This document shows, piece by piece, positions 20,718 to 29,073 of a stretch of 64,000 nt of DNA. A program made the translations under genes and the position numbers. The notes below the pieces were generated by a model. It ran no database searches, was not told the origin of the DNA, and saw only the letters and a list, made by a program, of their open reading frames with translations. The stretch's first letter is position 1, and every line of letters begins with the position of its first letter. Source of the stretch: an uncultured Bacilli bacterium (GTDB lineage: Bacteria > Bacillota_I > Bacilli_A > RF39 > UBA660). The DNA is taken from contig CALVKA010000002.1 in NCBI GenBank assembly GCA_944332475.1, forward strand, positions 449 through 64,448, written 5' to 3'.

Positions 20718-21413
20718 ATGAAAGAAAAAGAAAAATGGATTAGTATAAAAGGACTAATAATAGGCATAGTCGCTTTTTTAATATTTTATTTTAGTGCCTA
20801 CTTCCAACTGATACCAATTTTATTATTTAACATGGATCTAAATAATATAACAGGAGCCCAAAATGTTATGTTATCCACATTTTCAAACTGCGTATTATTA
20901 ATTCTTCTATTTTTAATCTTTAGAAAAGATTTAATAGAAGAATGGAAACGTTTCAGAAAAAACTTTTTAGAAAACATTGATATAGGAATTAAATATTGGT
21001 TAGTAGGACTTGGTATAATGATGATTTCAAATATTATCATTACATTCGTTATAAACCTAGGACAAGCAGCAAACGAACAAGCAGTGCAATCAATGATTTC
21101 TTCTCTACCTTGGCTCATGTTAATTAATGCAGGATTAATTGCTCCCTGTACAGAAGAAATTATATTTAGAAAAGGATTTAAAAAAGCCTTTCCAAACAAA
21201 TGGTTATTTATTATTTTATCTGCCCTAGTATTTGGTGCATTACATGTAGTAACAAGTATGACATCTCCAATAGAATTACTATATATCATCCCATATGGAG
21301 CATTAGGTGCAGCATTCGCATACATGTATCAAAAAACAGATACCATATTTACCTCCATTGCCATGCACATGTTTCATAATACAGCACTAATTTTATTATC
21401 TATATTATTATAA
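20718..21413 (+). CDS. CPBP family intramembrane glutamic endopeptidase (CAAX protease/Abi-like)
   Basis: 231 aa, multi-TM. Motifs EEIIFRKG, FGALH and HMFHN. Confidence 0.85.
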   Translation: MKEKEKWISIKGLIIGIVAFLIFYFSAYFQLIPILLFNMDLNNITGAQNVMLSTFSNCVLLILLFLIFRKDLIEEWKRFRKNFLENIDIGIKYWLVGLGIMMISNIIITFVINLGQAANEQAVQSMISSLPWLMLINAGLIAPCTEEIIFRKGFKKAFPNKWLFIILSALVFGALHVVTSMTSPIELLYIIPYGALGAAFAYMYQKTDTIFTSIAMHMFHNTALILLSILL

Positions 21414-21471
21414 AATCTTCATTCGAAGATTTTTTTGTTGCAAAGAAAAAGATCTTCCATTCGAAGATCTT

Positions 21472-22122
21472 TTAATCTACCTCAATTCCTCTTTTCATAT
21501 TAACATCAAAGAATACTAATAAGAAACACATAATTCCTTGTAAAATAAGAGTCGCAAAATAAGATATCCAGTAATTATCAAATACTAATAAATTCATATA
21601 AATTAATGTATAGAACAAATAATTTACAACAAAAGCAAATAGATAAGTTAAATAAATCAAAATAAATGAACCTGTTGTATTTAATAAAATATACTGATAA
21701 ATGGTAAGGTTAACAAACTGACTGATAACATATCCACAAAATCCACCACAGATATCATAGAAGTTAAAATCTTCACCAATTACAAAGCTCATAAGGAAGC
21801 TAAAAACAACCAAGGCAACTCCAGAAACTGAAATACCAATAATAGACTTACTATACCCATATTTCTTTGTAATAAAATTAGTTACAAAATAAATAATTGG
21901 TATTATAAAGATGGAATATGTTAAAGTAACATTATCAAAAGAAAATGTATAGTCTTTTAAAGATTGAGCAAGAATAACGATGGTTGATAACAATAAAACA
22001 TATACCCACCAACCTTCTCTTTCAACTTCTAAAACTTGCTCCTCATCCATTTTTTTAGATTCGTATTTGCGTGTAACATTTTTTACACTTGATTTTGCTT
22101 TTCGAACGATTTTACTTGTCAT
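21472..22122 (-). CDS. integral membrane protein, possibly VUT/DUF165 (YhhQ-like transporter) family
   Basis: 216 aa, about 6 TM helices. The segment PIIYFVTNFITKKYGYSKS resembles the DUF165 signature. Recognised by eye only. Confidence 0.4.
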   Translation of the reverse strand: MTSKIVRKAKSSVKNVTRKYESKKMDEEQVLEVEREGWWVYVLLLSTIVILAQSLKDYTFSFDNVTLTYSIFIIPIIYFVTNFITKKYGYSKSIIGISVSGVALVVFSFLMSFVIGEDFNFYDICGGFCGYVISQFVNLTIYQYILLNTTGSFILIYLTYLFAFVVNYLFYTLIYMNLLVFDNYWISYFATLILQGIMCFLLVFFDVNMKRGIEVD

Positions 22123-22254
22123 ACTATCCTACCCTTTCTATTATAAAAATATTGTAACATAAAAACAAAAATAAGAGAAGTAGTTAATTAAGAAAATTTA
22201 TAGATAGGAATTTAAAAGAAAACATATTATAATTTTGTTATAGGAAGTGACAAA

Positions 22255-22839
22255 ATGGAAATAAAAAATATAAAAGAAGAATTAAAAAAGAATCTTTCAC
22301 CATATCGATATGACCATAGTTTGCGAGTAGCCGACACAGCAAAAAAACTTGCCAAACACTACCACATCGATGAACCAAAAGCCTATATAACTGGATTATT
22401 ACATGATATCGCAAAAGAATTATCAGAAGAAGAAAATCAATACTGGATTAAAAAATATCACTTAAATAAAAATTTAAACGAAGAAAAAAATAGGAAAATA
22501 AAACACGCCGATATTGGAGCCGTCATCGCAAAAGAAAAATATCATTTAGATGAGAACTGTTGTAATGCCATAAAATATCACACCATCGGAAATAAAGATA
22601 TGGATACATTAGCAAAAATCATATATATTGCCGATAAAATTGGAAGAGAAAAAATACCAGAAGAATTAAAACCAGTAGAACAACTAGCCTATAAAAACAT
22701 AAATGAAGCATTATTATACTGTATAGAACAACAAGAAAAAAAGCTAAAAGAAAAAGGCATCAAAACACATAAAGATACTCAAGAACTATTAGAAAAACTA
22801 AAAAGAAAAAAGAACTCAATTAATAGAAAAGGGAATTAA
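22255..22839 (+). CDS. yqeK: HD-domain bis(5'-nucleosyl)-tetraphosphatase YqeK
   Basis: 194 aa. RYDHSLRV, LLHDIAKE, HADIGA, KYHT and IIYIADKI. Confidence 0.8.
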   Translation: MEIKNIKEELKKNLSPYRYDHSLRVADTAKKLAKHYHIDEPKAYITGLLHDIAKELSEEENQYWIKKYHLNKNLNEEKNRKIKHADIGAVIAKEKYHLDENCCNAIKYHTIGNKDMDTLAKIIYIADKIGREKIPEELKPVEQLAYKNINEALLYCIEQQEKKLKEKGIKTHKDTQELLEKLKRKKNSINRKGN

Positions 22840-22840
22840 T

Positions 22841-24466
22841 ATGAATAATGAATTAAGAAAAGACCTTACACCAAAAGAAACAATAAAAAAAATAAAAAAA
22901 ATACTTAAAGAAAATAAAATCAATATTAAAGAAAATAAAACTAAATGTCTATACAAAAATTTTTACTCTACAAGAATCGAAATAAAGGGATTTTATCATT
23001 TAGGAACAAATGGAAAAGGAATAACTAAAGATTTAGCACTAGCTTCAGCATATGCCGAACTCATGGAACGGTTACAATCAAAAATGTTAATTAATACTTA
23101 TTATTTAGGAAAAGTAAAAAACTTAATTAGTTATAATGATGAAACAATCAAAAAAAATTATATCGTTAAAAATTTAAAGATTTTAACCAGTTTTTTTGAA
23201 AGCGATGTTAATTTACAAGATTTTTTTAAAAAGAACAATAAATTTAGCATCGTTAGTAAATATAAAAATTTAATAACTGAAAAAGAAGAATATCTTCCAT
23301 CAAAACTAATAAATGCTACTTCCTTTTCAAATGGATTATGTGCAGGGAATAGCTTCTATGAAGCAATTAATCAAGGAATATGTGAAATTTTGGAAAGAAA
23401 TTCATATCAAGAAATATTAAACAAAGAAATAATCCTTGATAATATCATAATTGAAAAAGATTTACCTATCTACAATAAAATTAAAGCAATAAAAGAAAAT
23501 GGATTCAACATCCAAATAAAAGATTGTTCTTTAAAAAAATATCCTGTAGTTGGCGTATATATAACAAATAAAGACAAAACAAAATATATATTCACAATTG
23601 GCAGTGATCCTAACATAAACATTGCAGTTCAAAGATGCTTAACAGAAGCATTCCAAGGATTAAAAAACAAAAAAGATTTAATTTTTAAAATGAAGAAAAC
23701 AAATAATACCTTTTATGAATTAAACAACGAAGAAAGAAAAATGAACTGGTTTAAAAACTATTCATCAAATAATGGAATTCATCCCACAAAAATATTTCAA
23801 TCAAATAAATTTATCAATTATAAAAATCTAAAATATTTTAGTAATATAAAAACAAATAAAGAAATATTTAATTTTTTGCTTAATATTATCAAAAGCAATA
23901 ATCTTTCCATATATATAAAGGACTTTTCGTATTTAGGTTTTAACACTTATAAAATATATATTCCCATTCTATCAAATATAGATACCATTAATAATAATGA
24001 AAAAGACTTAATTAAAAATTATGATTTTTTAAAATCTATCTATTTTAATTTAAATAATTATAACAATAAAAAAGATTTAAAGAAAGCAAGTAACATAATT
24101 GAAAGAAGTCTAAAAAGCGACAAAAGTTTATTTATAAATTTAGGTAACTACTTTCACGCATCAAACTATATAAAAACAAATTATAATAATATAACTTTTG
24201 AATTTTTATATATATTGATAAAATGTAAAATTCATGAAAATATCAATTATAAACTAATAAAAAACAAAAATTTAATAAATTATATTAAATCAATTAATTC
24301 CAACAATAAATATGAATATATAATCAATGATTTAAATTTATTATTACCAACTTGTCCAAATTGTACTACATGTCCCATAAAAAAGAAATGTTGTTACAAG
24401 ACTTGGAAACATATTAACAATGTTTTAATTTTCAAAGAAGAAGAATATTTTCACAAAAATAAATAA
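22841..24466 (+). CDS. stand-alone YcaO-domain protein with Cys-rich C-terminal tail
   Basis: 541 aa. YcaO signatures GKGITKDLALASAYAELMERL and GLCAGNSFYEAINQGICEILERNS. The tail reads TCPNCTTCPIKKKCCYK. The ATG lies 1 nt after the yqeK stop. Confidence 0.75.
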   Translation: MNNELRKDLTPKETIKKIKKILKENKINIKENKTKCLYKNFYSTRIEIKGFYHLGTNGKGITKDLALASAYAELMERLQSKMLINTYYLGKVKNLISYNDETIKKNYIVKNLKILTSFFESDVNLQDFFKKNNKFSIVSKYKNLITEKEEYLPSKLINATSFSNGLCAGNSFYEAINQGICEILERNSYQEILNKEIILDNIIIEKDLPIYNKIKAIKENGFNIQIKDCSLKKYPVVGVYITNKDKTKYIFTIGSDPNINIAVQRCLTEAFQGLKNKKDLIFKMKKTNNTFYELNNEERKMNWFKNYSSNNGIHPTKIFQSNKFINYKNLKYFSNIKTNKEIFNFLLNIIKSNNLSIYIKDFSYLGFNTYKIYIPILSNIDTINNNEKDLIKNYDFLKSIYFNLNNYNNKKDLKKASNIIERSLKSDKSLFINLGNYFHASNYIKTNYNNITFEFLYILIKCKIHENINYKLIKNKNLINYIKSINSNNKYEYIINDLNLLLPTCPNCTTCPIKKKCCYKTWKHINNVLIFKEEEYFHKNK

Positions 24467-24601
24467 ACAAATCATAAAAAAATTATAACTATTTAATAAA
24501 TAAAAAAGATTGCTCCCTGTAATTACAAGTCACAATCCTCTAATACAAAACTAACCTAAACCTATGCAATAAATCATTAATATAATTTAATTTTCATATT
24601 C

Positions 24602-26362
24602 CTACCTTGTTTTCTTTTTTACTAATCCTGGCTTAACAATTCCCTGATTACCATCAACAGTCAAATTTTTTTCATCCCATATTTTCTTCATAGCATTTCC
24701 ACCAATACCAATAACACACGGAATTCCCAATTCCCTTGCTATAATGGCAGCATGACATAAAAAACCACCAACCGCAGTCACAATACCAGATGAATGTGAA
24801 AGAATATTCATCCACTCAGGATCCGTATACCAAGCCATCAAAATATCTCCATCATTCCAATCTGTTAATTGATCAATATATCGTGCATTAACAAATCTAG
24901 CAGGACCAGATACCACTCCTGGAGATGAAGGAATCCCCCTATATACACCTTCTTCAATATCGTGATTAAGAGATTGAGATATATCTAATTTTGAAGTAAC
25001 AGGGCGATATTGCAACATTACTAAATTATTATTTAATATCATCCACTCAAAATCAGCAACATCGTTATCATCCCGGGCAACTCTTTGCTGATATTCTAAC
25101 AATTCTTTACCAACATCTCCAACATTACAAACAAGTTTCGTTTCTGGCCCCTGGCCATTTTCCCAAATTTCCCTATTAGGAGAAACTTTACCAGAAACCA
25201 ACTTTTCCCCATTACCAGACACATACTCCATATAGCCACTATTATTATTTTTACCAATCCATACACCAGCATACTCGGGCTCAACAAAATCTTGGATAAT
25301 TACAGCCATATTAGGTTGACCCAAATTGTTAGTAGCAATATATCGCTGTAATCTAGAATTATTTTTTGAATTAATAACTTTATCAATATTATCACTTAAA
25401 GAATCGAAATCAACATCTAAATAAGAATCAAACATCCCTGCAAAAGAATTATTTTTACCATCTTCAATATCAGCAGAGCTTCTTACTGAATAATGTCCAT
25501 TTTTCATTAATTCAGAGTGCTCATTTACATCAAAATTAGAAGCAGTAACAGGAATGACAAAAGTTCTAGGGATTTCCACACCGCAAGCCCTTAATACAGT
25601 AAGTCCATAAGCTTTACCACCAACTAATTTTACAAGTTCATAATCCATACCACACAAATAACATTCAGCCAATTCATCGATAGAAATTAAATCTTTAGAA
25701 CACAACTCTGCAAATTTCTTATACATAAATGGACTTTCAAATTCTACATCAAGAGGTATCAAATATCTTTTTATATAATCATCATGCAATGCTTCCAAAC
25801 TAGGTTCTATAATTGTTTGATAATAGCCATGTTGCTTATCTTGCCATTCTTTTAAAACCCTATATTTTTGTAATAAATCATCATATAAATATGAATCATC
25901 TAAGCTTGCTTCTTTTAATACCTTTTCTCCATCTACAGATAAATTTCCTTTATCAAATCTAGATATTACTTCAAGATATCTATCACCATATTTATTTTTT
26001 ATAGCTTCAATTAAATCTGTTGAAAAGGAAGCTAATTCATCTAAAGATTCTAATATACCATAATATACTAAACCTCTCGTAAACGTACGGTAATAATCTT
26101 CTCCTTTTTCTAAATTATTAGCACTTTTAATATATAAGTTTGTTTTATTTCTAAGTTCTTGCATAATAGTATCGAGTTCTTTTGCAGACACAGTATCATT
26201 TCTAATAGAAATATACTGCTTTATTTCATCCATTAAATCATGATCCTTTGCACATTCTAAAAGAACAATTGTAGACCATGTGGATAAGTTCTTAGGAAAA
26301 AAATTATCACAATAATTAAACTTAAAATCCCTTAATTCTTCTAATGATACAGCATTACTCAT
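24602..26362 (-). CDS. PEP synthase/PPDK-like phosphotransferase (ATP-grasp nucleotide domain + swivelling phospho-His domain) with unknown N-terminal domain of about 240 aa
   Basis: 586 aa. GGKAYGLTVL, RSSADIEDG..NSFAGMFDSYL and a C-terminal PEP-utilizer mobile domain GGFLCHAAIIARELGIPCVIG. Confidence 0.75.
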   Translation of the reverse strand: MSNAVSLEELRDFKFNYCDNFFPKNLSTWSTIVLLECAKDHDLMDEIKQYISIRNDTVSAKELDTIMQELRNKTNLYIKSANNLEKGEDYYRTFTRGLVYYGILESLDELASFSTDLIEAIKNKYGDRYLEVISRFDKGNLSVDGEKVLKEASLDDSYLYDDLLQKYRVLKEWQDKQHGYYQTIIEPSLEALHDDYIKRYLIPLDVEFESPFMYKKFAELCSKDLISIDELAECYLCGMDYELVKLVGGKAYGLTVLRACGVEIPRTFVIPVTASNFDVNEHSELMKNGHYSVRSSADIEDGKNNSFAGMFDSYLDVDFDSLSDNIDKVINSKNNSRLQRYIATNNLGQPNMAVIIQDFVEPEYAGVWIGKNNNSGYMEYVSGNGEKLVSGKVSPNREIWENGQGPETKLVCNVGDVGKELLEYQQRVARDDNDVADFEWMILNNNLVMLQYRPVTSKLDISQSLNHDIEEGVYRGIPSSPGVVSGPARFVNARYIDQLTDWNDGDILMAWYTDPEWMNILSHSSGIVTAVGGFLCHAAIIARELGIPCVIGIGGNAMKKIWDEKNLTVDGNQGIVKPGLVKKKTR

Positions 26363-26364
26363 AT

Positions 26365-27912
26365 TTACACCTCTTTATAATTAATACTAAAATCCTTTCT
26401 TTTCAAATAAAAATAATCACATCTATTTAATAAGTCAGACTTAATTCTATTAACTTGACAAACTTTTTTATTTTGATTAAATTTTTTTATAATTGCTTCC
26501 ATTTTTTCTCTTTTATCACCATAAAATCTATACGTAATATTAATATTACTACAATCACAATCTATTTCGTCACAAATTTGAGAATTTCTAGATAGCACAA
26601 AAACATTTAAACCAAACAAATCAATGTATTTAAAATGACTTATAAAATATAAAGTCTTATATATATTTATATAATATTCATTAGGATAACCAATCATAAA
26701 AGTAGAAGCAACAACTATGCCACTAATATAGAAATTTTTTAACACACCTTTTATACTTTTTATATCAATTCCCTTATTCATATGTTTTAATATTCTTTTA
26801 TTATAACTCTCTATTCCAAAAGATACAAATGTACAACCACTTTTAGCTAATTGTTTAACATTATCTATATCTAAATATACCTCGCTAATTCTTGTTTCCA
26901 TCATCCAACATATATTTATTTTATTACTTATTAAATAATTAGCAAAATCCAAAATAATGTTAGGAGGTATACACTCATCAACAAACACAATTTTATCAAA
27001 TCTATTATTATTATACATTTCTTTTACCATTTTAAAAATTTTCTTCACATTCATTGGCATATAATTTCCATAATGATAATAATGAGAACAAAACTTACAT
27101 CTATGATAATAACATCCATAATTTAATAACAAAGGCATTATTCTATCTCTTGATAAATATTTTTCTAAAGAAACACTTGAATAATCTAAAAAATAATTTT
27201 CCACATTATCCAAAATATTTTTTTCTATAAACCGAGTTTTATTCCTTACAATAATATTTATTAAATCAGCATTCTTACCTAAGCAATATAAAATTGCATT
27301 TTGAAAAGTCTTAAGATGATTAAAAATTATAATTGCATTTACAAAATCGACCTTATTAATTAATTCATCACAATTCCGATTTATTTGAGTTAAATAATTT
27401 CCACCCCAAATAATTTTCACACTTTTATTAACACATTTTATTCTATTAGATAAAGCAATAGCCATAGGAACTTGAAAACCATATGACACATTAACAAAGA
27501 TAATATCTTTATCATGAAAATCATCCAAAGGAAATAATTCAATAAAGTTTTTTATTTTATTACTGACAATTATAAAATCATCTATATTTTTTATAGGATA
27601 TTGAAAATTAAAGCCACGATTATTCTGATAAATTATACCAAATTGTGACAAATATTTATTAACTGCTTCAATAAACTTATGATTTGCACTTAACAAGTCT
27701 TTGGAGCTATCTTTGATATCATATTTAATTTTTTCGATATCTTCACCAAATTTTTCAAAATTTGCATTAACAAGAAGATTGTTTAAAAAATAGTCAGTGT
27801 AATCATACATTTTGTAGTTAACTTTATTATTTTTTAAATATGTGCTATAAAGTATATTTTTTATATCTGGATAACTAAAAGTAATTCCTGGCAATGTATA
27901 TAAATAAATCAT
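26365..27912 (-). CDS. B12-binding-domain-like radical SAM protein (class B-like)
   Basis: 515 aa. Rossmann-like N-terminal half (IIFVNVSYGFQVPMAIALSNRIK...IIWGGNYLT). Cys triad GCYYHRCKFC has CX4CX2C spacing. FVSFGIESYNKRILKHMNKG matches the radical SAM core. Confidence 0.65.
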   Translation of the reverse strand: MIYLYTLPGITFSYPDIKNILYSTYLKNNKVNYKMYDYTDYFLNNLLVNANFEKFGEDIEKIKYDIKDSSKDLLSANHKFIEAVNKYLSQFGIIYQNNRGFNFQYPIKNIDDFIIVSNKIKNFIELFPLDDFHDKDIIFVNVSYGFQVPMAIALSNRIKCVNKSVKIIWGGNYLTQINRNCDELINKVDFVNAIIIFNHLKTFQNAILYCLGKNADLINIIVRNKTRFIEKNILDNVENYFLDYSSVSLEKYLSRDRIMPLLLNYGCYYHRCKFCSHYYHYGNYMPMNVKKIFKMVKEMYNNNRFDKIVFVDECIPPNIILDFANYLISNKINICWMMETRISEVYLDIDNVKQLAKSGCTFVSFGIESYNKRILKHMNKGIDIKSIKGVLKNFYISGIVVASTFMIGYPNEYYINIYKTLYFISHFKYIDLFGLNVFVLSRNSQICDEIDCDCSNINITYRFYGDKREKMEAIIKKFNQNKKVCQVNRIKSDLLNRCDYFYLKRKDFSINYKEV

Positions 27913-28898
27913 TCCAATTTACTAATTCTTTCTATTACTATCTTAGAAAATTTTTCATCACTAATCCAAACTTTTATGAACATAATATCATTCATTTTAA
28001 ATTTTTGAATACCAGGAAGGTTACTAAGTAAATCATAACATTTATTGAAGTCTTTTTCTTTTTTAAAAATTAAACTTATAAAATTACTTTCTGATTTAAT
28101 AATCATAAACTTTTTATTATGCTTTAATGTTTTATAAATTAAATCTCTATTACTTTTAATATATTCGATAGTATTATTAAAAATATTCAACATTTTTTTA
28201 TCATTTAACAATTTTATCATAAATCTAGCCGAATAGGTTGAAATCGAATGTGGAGCTATAAACGTATTTCGTAATCCGCTTATTTCTTTTTTAGTAATTA
28301 AATAGCCAATTCTAAAACCAGATGCAAAATAAGTTTTAGACATACTTCTAATTATCAATATTCTATCATTTTTTAAAGCCAAATCGACTAAACCACTTTT
28401 CTTATTTGAAAAGGCAATATAGGCTTCATCAATCAATAAAGAACCATTAAAGATTAATAAAATATCTTCTATTTGCTTATCAGTAAATCTTTCACCAGAA
28501 AACCATCTAGGAGAAGATATACATAACAAATCATCTTTTGTACTTTTAATTTTTCTTAATTGATTTATAAAATCATTAGCAGTTAAACAACTAATCATCT
28601 CAGAATTTACATTATTTAATCCTATATTTCGAGTATATAGACCAAACTCCGGCAAAGAAATAAATATTTTATTCCAAATTTTCAAATTTAAAATTACCGT
28701 AATTAGCTGACTACTACCCGCCCCTAAATAAATATATTCTTTATTAATATTTAACTTTTCTGCAATTGTTGTTAATAAAGGATCAGATAATTGATTATTC
28801 ATATCGTAATTAAAATTACCATCAACAAAATCCATCTGATACTTTTTTAACCATTTTTTTAAAACTTTATTATCTTTCCATATTGAAGCTGAAGCCAT
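27909..28898 (-). CDS. PLP-dependent fold-type I enzyme, HisC/CobD-like aminotransferase/decarboxylase family
   Basis: 329 aa. IDEAY and PLP-lysine motif SMSKTYFASGFRIGY are present. The usual NPxNPTG stretch reads SSPRWFSGE. Confidence 0.65.
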   Translation of the reverse strand: MASASIWKDNKVLKKWLKKYQMDFVDGNFNYDMNNQLSDPLLTTIAEKLNINKEYIYLGAGSSQLITVILNLKIWNKIFISLPEFGLYTRNIGLNNVNSEMISCLTANDFINQLRKIKSTKDDLLCISSPRWFSGERFTDKQIEDILLIFNGSLLIDEAYIAFSNKKSGLVDLALKNDRILIIRSMSKTYFASGFRIGYLITKKEISGLRNTFIAPHSISTYSARFMIKLLNDKKMLNIFNNTIEYIKSNRDLIYKTLKHNKKFMIIKSESNFISLIFKKEKDFNKCYDLLSNLPGIQKFKMNDIMFIKVWISDEKFSKIVIERISKLE

Positions 28899-28916
28899 AT
28901 TTACCTCCTTTTGTCA

Positions 28917-29042
28917 TTAGCAAGTGTCAGAACAGTAATTACCGCCCAACTCTGCTAAAGTTGTATCATTATTTGTTGCAAATAAATTTATTACTTTTTT
29001 TCTTGAAAAAATTTTTTTCACAGCAGCAACAATTTTTTTCAC
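28917..29042 (-). CDS. candidate RiPP precursor peptide (41 aa)
   Basis: GTG at 29042 follows AAGGAGGTGAT plus a 7-nt spacer. Product: (M)KKIVAAVKKIFSRKKVINLFATNNDTTLAELGGNYCSDTC. It lies 31 nt after the rSAM stop and 18 nt before the PLP gene. The longer 74-aa track ORF overlaps the rSAM 3' end and has no SD. Confidence 0.6.
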   Translation of the reverse strand: MKKIVAAVKKIFSRKKVINLFATNNDTTLAELGGNYCSDTC

Positions 29043-29073
29043 TCTATCACCTCCTTTATTATAAGTTATAACC

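Noticed and set aside
10019-21325. Antisense ORFs inside the ATPase gene, rsmE, the murF-like gene, infB, nusA and the CPBP gene (10019-10207+, 10762-11190+, 14094-14279+, 16827-17177+, 17823-18122+, 18168-18371+, 19810-20085+, 20798-21325-)
   Set aside because: Each is fully nested antisense to a gene with strong motif support, and their translations are low-complexity (Asn/Ile/Phe/Ser-rich).
28883-29071. 62-aa plus-strand ORF antisense to the precursor
   Set aside because: It has no SD, a low-complexity translation, and is antisense within a tightly packed minus-strand operon.
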